Shown here: positions 35,522 to 47,021 of the stretch, one piece after another
Layout: every line of letters starts with the position of its first letter
Numbering within the stretch: the first letter of the stretch is position 1
Source: Penicillus capitatus
Lineage: Eukaryota; Plantae; Chlorophyta
Assembly (NCBI GenBank): GCA_965649825.1
Contig: OZ287695.1
Coordinates: 2,221,288 to 2,285,287, forward strand
Direction of reading: 5' to 3'
DNA length: 64,000 nucleotides
Made by a program: the position numbers and the translations under genes
Notes under the pieces: generated by a model
The model's database searches: none
What the model saw: only the letters and a program-made list of their open reading frames with translations
Told to the model about the DNA's origin: nothing

Positions 35522-36048
35522 ATTACGAGTAACCGCTCTTTAATCAAGCGTTTGAGGTTCTCTTAGTCGCAAGATTCTCGTCGCTCTCCATGTAGTTATC
35601 CCTGTGTATATCTGGAAGCCGCGAATCATATCGAAAAGGTAAACATCCCACCAAAACGCTACGCGACTCCACGACACGTGACAGCATTTGATGTCGTGTA
35701 GGAAAAGACAGACAGTATCCTTACCTCGTGCACATTGTAATCGCATATCCTTTAGCGTTAGATCGTCTGTGCGAATGCGTGAGGCACATGAAAGAGATCG
35801 AGCGCTAAATCGCGATGACGATGTCGGGAACAAAACGCATAGGGTTTATTTTGAGTCACCAATACAGCACTGCAATGTCTGTCGATGTCTTCTAATCGTA
35901 AGAAACGTTGCATGAAAAGACGGCGTCGCCGCATTTTACCACATTTCCATTGACCCGGTACGGTCTTAATTGTACACGCGTGTATGCGAGACATATTCTG
36001 TAGGAGATCATCTGTTTTTGGGTGCGAGCATTTGACGTGTTTTTGAGA

Positions 36049-37073
36049 ATGTCGTCTTCATCATCAGCGCCCTCGCGTTCATCTGCGGCGGCGCAGGTTT
36101 TGCATTCCGGCTTAGCGTGTCATCCACAGGAAGCAAACACCGATACCGAAGAACGGCAGGAAGGGTTTCGAGGAGTGCGACATGGAGGCACTAGTCCATA
36201 CCGTGTCCCACCAGGCACGACGTCTAGTCCGTCTCCAACACCGCCGCGTCGTCCCGTTGCTCGTCGACAACCGGCAAACGAAGAGCAGCCAGAAGAAGTC
36301 CTACGGAATTTTCAGAGACGTTACAAAATGGATCTTGTCCCAAGCATGTGTCAACTCAGGCTGAGCACCACGTAGACCGACACCTTCCCTCTTTTCCTGA
36401 TGACATTCACGGCATCTTGCTAACAGAGCTGCGGGATATCAAATCTCAGCAGACGTCTGTCGGCCAAGACGCAGAGATACATACGTATCACTCGGGGTAT
36501 GTCATAACGAAAGATCTTAACCGTCCGTTGGGGTTCGACGTACAGGTCAAACTCGGTGAAGATCCATTACTTGTGAAGAAAGTTGTACTTACTCCACAGC
36601 ATTCAGATATTCGAATGTTTACGCCACCGATGGAATTTGGCATCCTGCAACTCCAATTTGCTATTGGTTATGACTGGAGCAAGAGATCTTTTGCAGCGTC
36701 ATGGAGGTCACAACCTTCCCTGATCTTCACTCTCTTTTTCAATGCACGTTATCCAGATGCAAAACAAAGTGGACACGGGGACCGCGATTACAGAAACGTG
36801 TTAGGGTAAGCGTCTTTGATTGCTTCACCCGAGGGAAGACTTGTCGTGAGATGTAGCTTTTCTCGAAGAATAATGTTGAAGTAGCGTCGTTCTGGAATAT
36901 CCGGTCAGAACTCCCAACCATGGGCGGGTACTTAGTCGCAGAAGAGGGATGCCATGATCCATGTTGTTCTATCTGTTTCTAGGCAATTTGATTCTCGTTC
37001 ATCTTCGATACAAGCAGATATTGGTCGATTTCAATTGGATTTGGATCGTTTGAAGGTATCGGCAAAGTGGTAG
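36049..37073 (+). CDS. Hypothetical protein with a beta-strand-rich C-terminal half, multi-exon
   Basis: Transit-peptide-like Ser-rich start, then GFDVQVKLGEDPLLVKKVVL, GILQLQFAIGYDWSKRSFAASWR and a last exon SSIQADIGRFQLDLDRLKVSAKW*. Confidence 0.5.
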
Positions 37074-37694
37074 AGTAATGATTTCTCGAACCCCAATAAT
37101 CAACCCTGCTATCGCAACAGATGTTCTTGATCTCAAAATTCTTGAAAGAAATGGGAACAAGTGCCCAAAATATAATCTGCTTTCCACTACCCATACACTT
37201 TGGTATCTGGCGACTGCAAACCATCTATCGTCTCATTTGGAGACAAATCGATGCATCTAGCGTCGGATGTGACAGACAGATTGAATGGGAGATCTCTTGA
37301 TTGATCGATTCTCGACTTGCGGCTCGAGAAGTGTTCGTGGGGATCGATCTGGTGATCCAGACAGTTTATAGGTTTTCTCCAGAGACAAAAGACTGAGGCT
37401 GCTCTCTGCAATGAGACTACCGCATTCCGCCTCCGATAGCATCGCTGCACCCGTAGAATGCTGTCGTGACATAAAGACGTCGAGATCTGAGGTATGGATA
37501 CTGCTCCTGTACACCGCCATTACCTATCCATCGAAAAAACGGCACACATATTACCTGTGATTAAATGAACATAAAATAATTTCCCGGTGGTCAGCAAGGG
37601 ACCCTGAGACGAACGATTTCCTTTGAGCTGCCACAGGAACTGCTGTCTGATTTTCCGACGTCTTATTGTAACATCTGGGCCTTTAATGTGAGCA

Positions 37695-38532
37695 ATGCGG
37701 AAGCCAAAAAACCTTCTGGCGGGCGGTCCCGATGCTTCATATATTCCTGCATCCTCTGATGTCGACGCAGATTTCTTCTCTGTCCGTCTGAAGGACCCTG
37801 ATCTAAAAGACGACAAAGGCATGTGCATCTCGTATCGGTCGTCGCGCCGTATTCGAGTGAATGAAAAGCAGAGAGTGGTATGTACACAAGACAACATCTA
37901 TTCTATGAACACCGTCGGACAGAAAGACGATGTAAATCATCGGGCTTTTTTCTGGACAGGTTCCTTTCTTGAAACTTTCGAATCTGACACGTCGCCTCGT
38001 TTACTTCAGCATCAGATGCTGATCGCTCGGCAGAATCGTCTGCAGTACAGCCGGAATCTCATACAGGTGGTACGGCTTCGTCAGCGACATCTCTGCACAC
38101 TCTTTGCCGCATGTCGGTTCTGACGGTCGGTCCACTACCCAAGAAACTCTTTTTCAGATTCAACAACAGGCGTTGCTCGCATACACCAAACCACTGGAGA
38201 AGTGGACTGCCCGACTCGATCAAGTGCCTAAATCCCCAAGTCTCTTTCCTCCAATGAAGACAAGGCAACTCACCCCTGCAGGCAATGTAAGAGATGGAAC
38301 TATAGAAACAGGATAGACAGAGATGCAGATAGCTGCGTTCAGTCTCTTTTCGACGGCACTTCTCTCCTCAATATTGCCACTCACACAGCAACAGTAAATG
38401 AACAGTTGTGGTCTCTCGCTGTTCTCCTGTTTTGGAACATGCGGATTTCGCGTCGACGTTTGGAGGTGAGCATTGGTCAAGAATGATGGTTTGAGTTCAT
38501 TGCAGATAATTGTGGAAATCGACATCCGATAA
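37695..38532 (+). CDS. Hypothetical multi-exon protein (may extend upstream)
   Basis: Open chain MRKPKNLLAGG...RNLIQ|IQQQALLAY...QLTPA|DSCVQSLFDGTSLLNIATHT...RRRLE|IIVEIDIR*. Confidence 0.4.
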
Positions 38533-38712
38533 AAGGAAAGTACGTTTGAAGTCCAGAATCTCTGAGAAGAGAACGATCTCAGCATACATGCAGTCGCCAA
38601 ACATCTTTGATCTGTATATAAGTCCACATCCACACAATCCAGCAATCCCTCGATCAACTGGTGTCGGCAGTGGTTAGTTAGCCACATTAAGATCTGCTTC
38701 CATGCTTCCATA

Positions 38713-40531
38713 CTACGATAAGTTTGCGATTCTTCCTCTATATCGGTCGATGTTGTTCTTCGTCAGAATTGTGCACTGCTCAATCGTCAAAGGATTTCGA
38801 GTAAATGGACAGATGCGATTTTCACTAAGACATGCTCTCCATGTCGCTATGCCCACCACATGTCCATAGGGAGATATGGCCGGTGTCACCACTGGCTGCA
38901 TGGTAATGTTGTCGATGAGATCTGGCAATGGATTCTCATTATCCACTGGAACATCTGACAGGCTTCCACGATTGATACAGCGCTGCCTGTAACGATCACT
39001 GCGGCCCAGTGTCGACCACTTGTTCAGGGCACAGCCCGCATCGTCATCATCTCCTTCGCCTTCAGCCTCGACCTCTCCAGTCTCATCATCCCCCTCGCTC
39101 TCGTACTCGATACGCTTTCTAGAGGAGTAAGGACAGAAGGTGCTCCCGTCCGATCGCTGACGGACAACCTGAGAGAGCTTGCGGGATGCGATCTGTCGAT
39201 CGAGCTTTCCTTCCCAGTAGACTTCGCACTTCTTTTCCGTATCTAATGCCTCTATCTTTCGAAGAATATCTGGCTGGATGAGTCCAAAGTACTCAGGACC
39301 GGCTATGGCTGTCTTGGGAGGAGGGGGTAACTTCTCACCAGCTTCTCTTCGTTTCTCAATTTCTTTATTGATGCGCTTGAGCACGAGCGTCCAACAACCC
39401 GTGCAGCTTTTTGAGATTAATTTATCGGCAGGTCGATCATATGCCGTGATCACAAAAGTCGGTAATGGCCAAAACTCACCTCTCACAATCTCACATTCGT
39501 GGATGCAGAGGTCTTCCAGACGTACAGAGCTACGAAACTTCGTCCTGGACTTGAAACCCAGTGGAAAAATGTACCCAGCATTGAACCATCCTTTTTCTAG
39601 CCTGCACATGCATGTCATGTGTCACATCTTGACCAGCTCATTCGAACACACTCTCTTACCTTCTCTCGCCAATGCGAATCAATTCAACACGTTTCTGAGC
39701 TTTTTGCTTCACACGCCCTCTGCAGGTATAACCAGATGTTGAAATTGCTTTGTCACCACTAAGCGCAATGCTTTTTTTCTTATTTGATGAAGTGTCTTCA
39801 GATTTTGTATCTCTGTCTTCATCACTCATTCCTGCCAGAGAAGGAAAAACGGTTCTCCTGGTACGGGCCCCTCTTGGTCGCAAAACCCCTGAACTTCCCA
39901 TGAACGCTGCCACAGTGACATCTCGGAAAGTATTTTGACAGCGACAAGTCCTACCTTCTCTTGACCCGTAAAGTCCCCCATGAATCTGCCCAACACAGTA
40001 TGGATAGAGGAGGACATATAACACTGCGAAACTTTACTGTGGTGATCTTTCCGTGGCTTTTAGGCTTCTCTGCCAACATGCATTTCAGAGCGCTCGTGGC
40101 ACGACTGTCGATTCCTCTTCTGAGAGTGCTGCGCTTGCCTTTAGTGCCCCAGACAAGAGTTGTCCCATCATCCTGCCACATTGTCTTCAAACCATGAGTA
40201 TGATATCGAGACAAGATGCATAACACATACCCTCTGATCTTCTTGAAAATTCGATATCTCCCACGTTCTCTTGGCCGCCGCTGCCCTTGTCTTGACCACA
40301 GTACGTCCTTCATTTTTGTGCCCTCTGTTCTCAACAATGGGCACTGTATCAGAGGATCTTGCATTCGCAATGTATTTCCCAGGTGAGCCTTCCATTTGCA
40401 ATGGACCTGGTGGAGGAAGTGGGCACAGAATACGTCACTTGAGACAATGACGCACTCGAGTCTTCGTCGGAGAGCCGGTCTGACGTTTCCATCTGGTCTA
40501 TGCGAATGCGATCCGTATCTGCGCAGAGCAA
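38713..40531 (-). CDS. FYR-domain (FYRN+FYRC) protein with a C-terminal U-box-like domain; 5' end uncertain
   Basis: WFNAGYIFPLGFKSRTKFRSS...HECEI...PTFVIT...SCTGCW (FYRN), IAGPEYFGL...IEALD (FYRC), acidic linker, then LIDNITMQPVVTPAISPYGHV...CPFTRNPLT (U-box-like). Confidence 0.75.
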
Positions 40532-41233
40532 TCGATAGCGCGAGCGTCTTACGAAGCCAAAATAACGCAGTACGAGTTGGACAAATCAGGAAATCCGGCA
40601 ATCAAACTGCGTGTCCGTCCTCGATCGAACGTGGCGGACACGTAATTGTACAGACAAGGGAGCCGCCCGCTACGTCGACAACAAATTCCCTTCGTTGTGG
40701 ACAGTCAACTGCAACACGGTATATATGAAACAAACCGTCGATGCCGTCGATGACTTACTCGAAGATGGACCTTGCGAATCCCGGTCGCCCGTTTTGGCGT
40801 GTCTCTTGACGCTCCACTTTGAGAAAACGTCACAATGACGTCTCTTCCGCTTTCCTTTCAACTTATTCTTGGCACCGAGATCCGCACAAGCGATAGATGC
40901 GACTCGTGCGTATGTTCGTGCGCTGTATGCGTTTGAACCAGCCAGTCGCTAGAATGACATCAGTGACGGTGAAGATGTACGAACGCATGCCACAAAAAGG
41001 GAGCGTTAAGAGAAAAAGCTCTTAACAAAGTAACCCTCGCACAGATGGACTCTTTGCTCCGTCCCTTCCTGACATGGCCTCCTTGTGCCTCTGCCGTGTC
41101 GCCCATGGATGCTGCGACGCACCTTCCTGCGTCATTGATGATGTGACAGATGGATCGCTGGGACGATAAATCAACGTGGCTCGCGTTTCATCTGCGCTTT
41201 CTGTGTTGTCTTCTGCTCACGCCCCTAAACATC

Positions 41234-42363
41234 ATGAAATCATGTGCGTCCAATCGCAAGGGTCACCCTCTAGCGGCTCGCATCAAACGTCTCATGCAAA
41301 AAGACGATGAGGTCGGCCGTATCGCCTCTGTGACACCCATTCTTATCAGTACGAACGGCGTCCCTCCTCTTTTCCCAACTCTGTCCGTTTCTATTCAGTT
41401 ATCATATTTGTATAGGTCGAGCTCTGGAGCTCTTTCTGAAGAAAATATGCACGAACGTAATAGACTGCGCCAAAAGCAAGAATTCCCGAACTATATCTCC
41501 TTCTCACCTGTCTCTCACTCTTTTGTTCAAGCACCATTCGTCTGACAGATGTGTTTAGGAAAGCTTATGTCCATTCGGATAGCACAATGGATTTCTTAAA
41601 GTCAACCGTCAAAGATGCGCCAGATTTAAGCACGGTGGAGACTCCTCCAGGCCATCCACCTGCCAAACGAACGCGTACGCCTTCAATAGAGGGACAGACG
41701 GGAGCACGGACAAAAGGACGGGGAAGGGGAGATTGGTGCATTGGACGAACATCCAAACGTCAATGTGTGCCTTCCACCACCACCGCATCAGCCGATCTCT
41801 CAATAACAGGGGCACCGCCTCTCCTTACTTCATCATCTTCTGTTACGCTGCCTGCTGCCGACGACCACTCTGTTCAGCTGAATATGTCATCCACATCCAA
41901 TCTCATACCAACAACCTCTTCTCTGCCTTCCAGCCATGCCGAGATGTCCTCTCTTCATCTGTTAGACAAACGTACTGGTGGCAATGGTGGATCGGTGGCC
42001 AGTCTGCCAGCGATGACATCTGCTGTTCGAACGCACGAAGTTCCCGTTGATCCATCCACGTTGCCTATGAATCTGCAAAAGGCTTTGTCGCATACACCAG
42101 CTGAATCAAAACCGTCAGAGACGACATGTCTCGTTATGCCTCCTGTCAGTGTTGCTTTATCGATCAGTGATGTGGAACTGGGAATGCGACCGAAGGAGAT
42201 GGACACCCCTCGCTCGATGCACGATCTGAGTCCCACAAAACAGTTCATGCGAAATTTAGAGATGGCTCCAAATCGGTTGCCGCCATCGGAACTGAAGGCT
42301 GAAGAGGACAACTACGATTTTTCAGAGGATGAAATGGAGACAGAAGATAAGAAGAAAGAATAG
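41234..42363 (+). CDS. DRAP1: NC2-alpha/Dr1-associated corepressor (histone-fold) with a long disordered tail
   Basis: LAARIKRLMQKDDEVGRIASVTPILIS|RALELFLKKIC...SRTISPSHL|KAYVHSDSTMDFLKSTVKDAPD. Confidence 0.85.
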
Positions 42364-42484
42364 AGAGATGCTGACCCCTGTAACAATAGAAACGAGAATC
42401 TTTTTTGATTCTTGACACGTTTTTAAATGATGGGTTCGATCAAAAACCTCACCGCATTGTGCGCCGATATCTGTCGCCACGCCA

Positions 42485-44439
42485 ATGCCGCCGTCCGACG
42501 ATGTCCTTCTCGAATTGCTATGGAAACATTTTCGCTCTCGGGAGTTTCGTCCGTTACAACTAGAAGCGATTCGAGAAGTTCTCTGCCGTCGTGACGTCCT
42601 TCTCGTTTTGCCGACGTCTGGCGGGAAGTCACTTGTCTATCAGCTTCCTCCCCTCACCACCGATCACGCATTCACCGTCGTGGTCACACCTCTGATTGCC
42701 TTGGCACACGATCAGGTTTGGCGCCTTAGGCAAAGACACACGTTTCTCGAGAGATGTCGTGGCGTTGGCATTAGATGGAGAGATGCGCCGAGAACGGCAT
42801 CTGCGCGGAGGCTTGGAATAGCGAGATCTCTCCAATAGACCGCGAGAGCATTGAAAGGGAGTTGCTGGATAGTGAGACCAGTTTAAAGCTGTTGTACACC
42901 ACACCCGAGAGTCTGCTGTCGGATAAGCTCAAGCAGTTACTGAAGGTGAGCTCCTGTGTACCCATATTATTGGTACATCCCATCCTACAGTTCTGTCGTA
43001 CAAGGCGTCTTACGATAACGGATGTTTGATGAGCATCGCGATCGATGAAGCGCACTGTGTATCGTCATGGGGCCATGATTTTCGTCCCTGTTACAAGCGG
43101 CTGCATGAACTCAGAAAAGTATTTGTCGATGTGCCGTTCATTGCCCTCACCGTAAGCAAGACACGGAAGTACCAGAAGCGATACGCGTATGCTAGGCGAC
43201 GTGCACAGCCAAAGTCGAAGAATCGATCATTGAAGACCTAAAGCTGAAAACCCCCAGAGTGCTTAAAACGTCATTCAATCGACCGAATATCAAATATCAG
43301 GTATGCCTCATACAAGCAAGATCCTCGAATGGACATCGCTTTGAAATTCATAGGTTGAATTCAAAGAGCTTATTGAAGACGGCTCAGATGAATGCGTCAT
43401 TCAGGTAAGTGTACGTCATCTTGCCACTTACATAGGCATCTTCTCTGTTGTGAAGGATCTCATCAAATTCATCCAGAGTCGATCCGAGCAACGAGGAATC
43501 GTCTACGCTCGATTTCGGTAAGTGCCAACGTTGCATATCGGCAATCGTCAGCAGATAGACCGCTTCTAGAAAAACTTGCGACTGGCTGACGACTCAACTA
43601 CAGGACAGCGATATGGACGCTGCTTGTTACCACGCTGGCAAACCGATGGAGGAGAGAAAACGCACTCTGAACATGTGGTTGGAGAACGAAGTAGAGATCA
43701 TGGTTGCCACCATTGCCTTTGGCATGGGCATCAACAAGCCCGATGTTCGGTATGGCCCCTTCTTTCCTGCAGACCCAGACGGGCGGCATCGTTCAGTTGG
43801 GTCGTGCATTGGGATGTGGCTTCCAGCTTAGAAGGATTCTATCAAGAGAGTGGACGGTAAGGTACACCTCTCCGCCGTATTCGTCGACTTCCGCATCTCT
43901 GATGCAGAGCTGGTCGGGATGGACGTCCGTGCATCTCTCTTGTTTACCTTGGGCAGAAAGATCTAAAGATGGTCAAGAGACAGGAGAGAGGTGACCGTGC
44001 AGGATCCGTCTACGATATCGCCGGTTATTGTATGAATCTCCTCTGTCGGCGCAAGAGGCTTTTGGCATACTTCGGCGAAGAACGTGGTCCTTGTTCTGAA
44101 GAAGAAGGCGAAGAGCTTTGCGACGTTTGCGAGTGCGAAGACGTCGTCTCACGACAACTCGCGAAGCTCGATATCCACGTGAGCCACGATTTTGCCGGAG
44201 GAAAGAAGGCCAACTTCAAATTCAAAAGAGGTCGCGAGGATCAAGACCAGGCAGAAGACATAACGTCCACACGGATCTTGCCGAAAACCCTAATGCCCGA
44301 CGCCGACGCCGACGCCGACGCAACGCTCGTAGCGCCTTCGAAAGAAAGCGATGGCCAAAAATCAAAAGACAAGCCCGTTTGCGTTCATATCAAAAGAAGA
44401 CGCGGATTCGTCATCCCTCGAAGGAAGCAGATGTCATAA
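42485..44439 (+). CDS. RecQ family DNA helicase (compact form with Zn/RQC, no HRDC seen)
   Basis: [100 protein letters not shown]...CDVC. Confidence 0.92.
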
Positions 44440-44519
44440 GAGCCATATTCGTCGTAGATAAGAGTCGTGTATGCACGTTTGACTTTGAATTGGCCGTCTC
44501 CCTTTGGATTTCTCGAAAC

Positions 44520-45013
44520 ATGAGCTTTCAACGCGCCATCGAAAACGATGAAACGTGGGCGAGTGACGTCCTCGAAACGCCAGACACACTTCACGGTACT
44601 TACTTCTCATCGATACCGATGCAACACATGCACTCGCGCGTGGAATTCTGCGTGACGCAGTGGTGGAGTGCTACAAGGAATGGTGTGGGCCATGCAAAGC
44701 CATCGTCTCTTCGTTCCGTCGCATCTCTTTGGATCTGGGCGACGCGCCGCTCAAATTCTACACAGTGACGCGCGGGACATGGCAACAGACGACGACACGG
44801 TACTGCATCTAGGCAAATGTCGACAAAGTGGATGCCCTTGAGGAATATCGTCAGAGCTGCAAGCCTCAATTCCTCTTCTACAAAGTACCGCGTCAATTCA
44901 CTCTTTTACGTGATAGGACGGGTGTCCAGGATGGGCAGTTGTTACAGCGTGTGTCCGGTGTGAACTATCCGGAATTGTCCAAATGCATCCTGTCCATGAT
45001 GACAGCTGTTTAG
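44520..45013 (+). CDS. Thioredoxin-like outer-arm dynein light chain (LC3/LC5; NME8/9 Trx-type), 4 exons
   Basis: Spliced product MSFQRAIENDETWASDVLETPDTLH|VVECYKEWCGPCKAIVSSFRRISLDLGDAPLKFYT|ANVDKVDALEEYRQSCKPQFLFYK|DGQLLQRVSGVNYPELSKCILSMMTAV*, with a WCGPC active site. Confidence 0.85.
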
Positions 45014-45144
45014 CGGAAAGACAGCGCGCGGATGAGAGCCATCCAGTAGTCCATGACTTGTCCATCCGTTCGTCCGTCACATCAACCGTAGACTTCAAAT
45101 TGACAGCGTCTAAAATCTGTGACACTTGTTGAATTGCTTGCCCG

Positions 45145-46450
45145 ATGGCTCGCCTCGGTCGGACGGTTTCTAAAATACCTGACCTCCTCCGTCGCGCTTT
45201 CGCTACCCAAAATGGGTCTCTCTCGACGATACCGGTCTTTTCGACGAGTTTCGATGCGACGGGCTCAGAGGCGACGTTGCCACCTCGCTTCTTGGTGACA
45301 GGGTCCGGCGGTCAAATTGGAACAGAGCTCGTACCCTTTCTCCAATCTCGGTAAGTCTTTTCATCAGCACCCCTTGCCGCGTCATACCGCTATCGTAACA
45401 GAGTCGGCGTGCACAATGTCGTTTCGAGCGATATCCGTCCGACGGCTCTCGGGCAAGGCGCTGGAACATTTGTAACAGCTGATGTTCAGGAAAAGCACAC
45501 TCTGGAACGTATCATTAGAGAACACGGTATCACGTACGTCATTCACTTGGCCACGCTCCTCTCAGGTGAGCGTTTCTCGATGGCGATGGCAACTGCTACA
45601 ACGGCAGCTGTGGTGATGATTAGCCATTGGCGAGAAACAACCTCAATTGGCTCTGAAAGTGAACACCATTGGTATCCAGAACGTCTTGGAACTGGCTGTG
45701 GAACATCGTCTCAAAGTGTTCGCCCCGAGTACCATTGCTGTGTTTGGTAAGACGACTCCAAAACATGGTACACCAGATGCAACGGTCACTCAGCCGAATA
45801 CGATGTATGGCATCACCAAAGTGCATCAGGAATTGATGGGAGCATACTACCACGAGAAATTCGGTGTTGATTTTCGTTCACTGCGATATCCAGGTATCAT
45901 CTCTGCGAAATCGGCACCTGGAGGAGGGACCACAGACTACGCTGTCGAGATTTTTCACGATGCATTGCATCATGGCAAATATCAATGTTTCTTGGGAGAG
46001 GATACTGCCTTGCCCATGATGTACATGCCGGACTGTATCAAAGCGACATGGGACATCATGATGGCACCGGATGAGCATCTCAAGCAAAGAACGTATAACG
46101 TGACGGCAATGAGTTTCACACCAAAATGCCTGGCCAGCGAATTGCAGCAACACATCCCGCATTTCAAGATTGAGTGTAAGCCGGACTTCAGAGAGAACAT
46201 TGCTCGATCGTGGCCTGCATCCATCGATGACAGCGCTGCTCGCAAAGACTGGAAATGGATGCCTCAGTATCAACTAGAGGTATGAGTGTACGCACGCATG
46301 CACCGCCTCTTTGCCAATGCACGTGTTCTGATGGTCTCGGTGTCTGTGCAGGACATGTGCGAAGACATGCTGTCGCAGATTCGTAAGCAAAGAAGACAGC
46401 AGAGAGCATCTCGCCCTCGCAGAAGATTGCAACAAACATCGCTGCAATGA
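45145..46450 (+). CDS. TDH: L-threonine 3-dehydrogenase (SDR-type, mitochondrial)
   Basis: Presequence; LVTGSGGQIGTELV, HLATLLS, FAPSTIAVFG, YGITK, DFRSLRYPGIIS, GGGTTDYAVEIF, LPMMYMPDC, SWPASIDDSAARKDW. Confidence 0.92.
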
Positions 46451-47021
46451 TTTAAGTATCCATGGTGTTCGACTGCGTGGTTGAAGTGGCAGTTAGCAGT
46501 TTTCTATCTACTTGTGGCTGAGTCAAATTGCTGTTTGCATTTCTTGTGGGCAATGTTGTGATCTTGCTCTTAAGGTCATCATCATGATTTCATTGTCGCT
46601 TTGTTCCGACCTTTAATGTTGCACGCTTTCTGTATGTTTGTTCGTTTCTAGACTCACTCGGTTATGTAAGAGAAGGTGCTGCGACATGACTTTGTCAAAT
46701 CAGATGACTAGCAGTAGTCCAGAATACAGACAGTCAAAATTGAAAAGAAGAATAGATTTACGGCATTCAAATAATCTGACAAGCTCCCTCTGACGTTTAT
46801 CCAAAAAGAGAAAACCGGCCACCTCTACATACTCAGCATGGGATTAAACATGCACGATGCACGTATAGTTGTTCATGACTGCAAGTACTACTTAGCAGGA
46901 TGACGATCGAAATCAGTAATCAGCTTGGTCGCTCACAATGTTTGTTATGCTCAATGAAATAGATAGGAGATAGAAATACCCCGGAGTCACTCTTCCAGCT
47001 TTGGGATGAAAATAACTGAGA

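Noticed and set aside
38220-38711. 163-aa minus-strand ORF starting 1 nt after the FYR gene stop (bicistronic candidate)
   Set aside because: It is largely antisense to plausible + strand exons and has no recognisable motif.
42600-42630. Inactive RecQ because Walker A reads PTSGGKS
   Set aside because: The GKS core and DEAH box are intact; a G-to-S change at that position is a mild variation.
44385-45125. Minus-strand ORFs over 44.4-45.1 kb
   Set aside because: They are shadows of the + strand thioredoxin gene, which is supported by WCGPC and clean splice joins.
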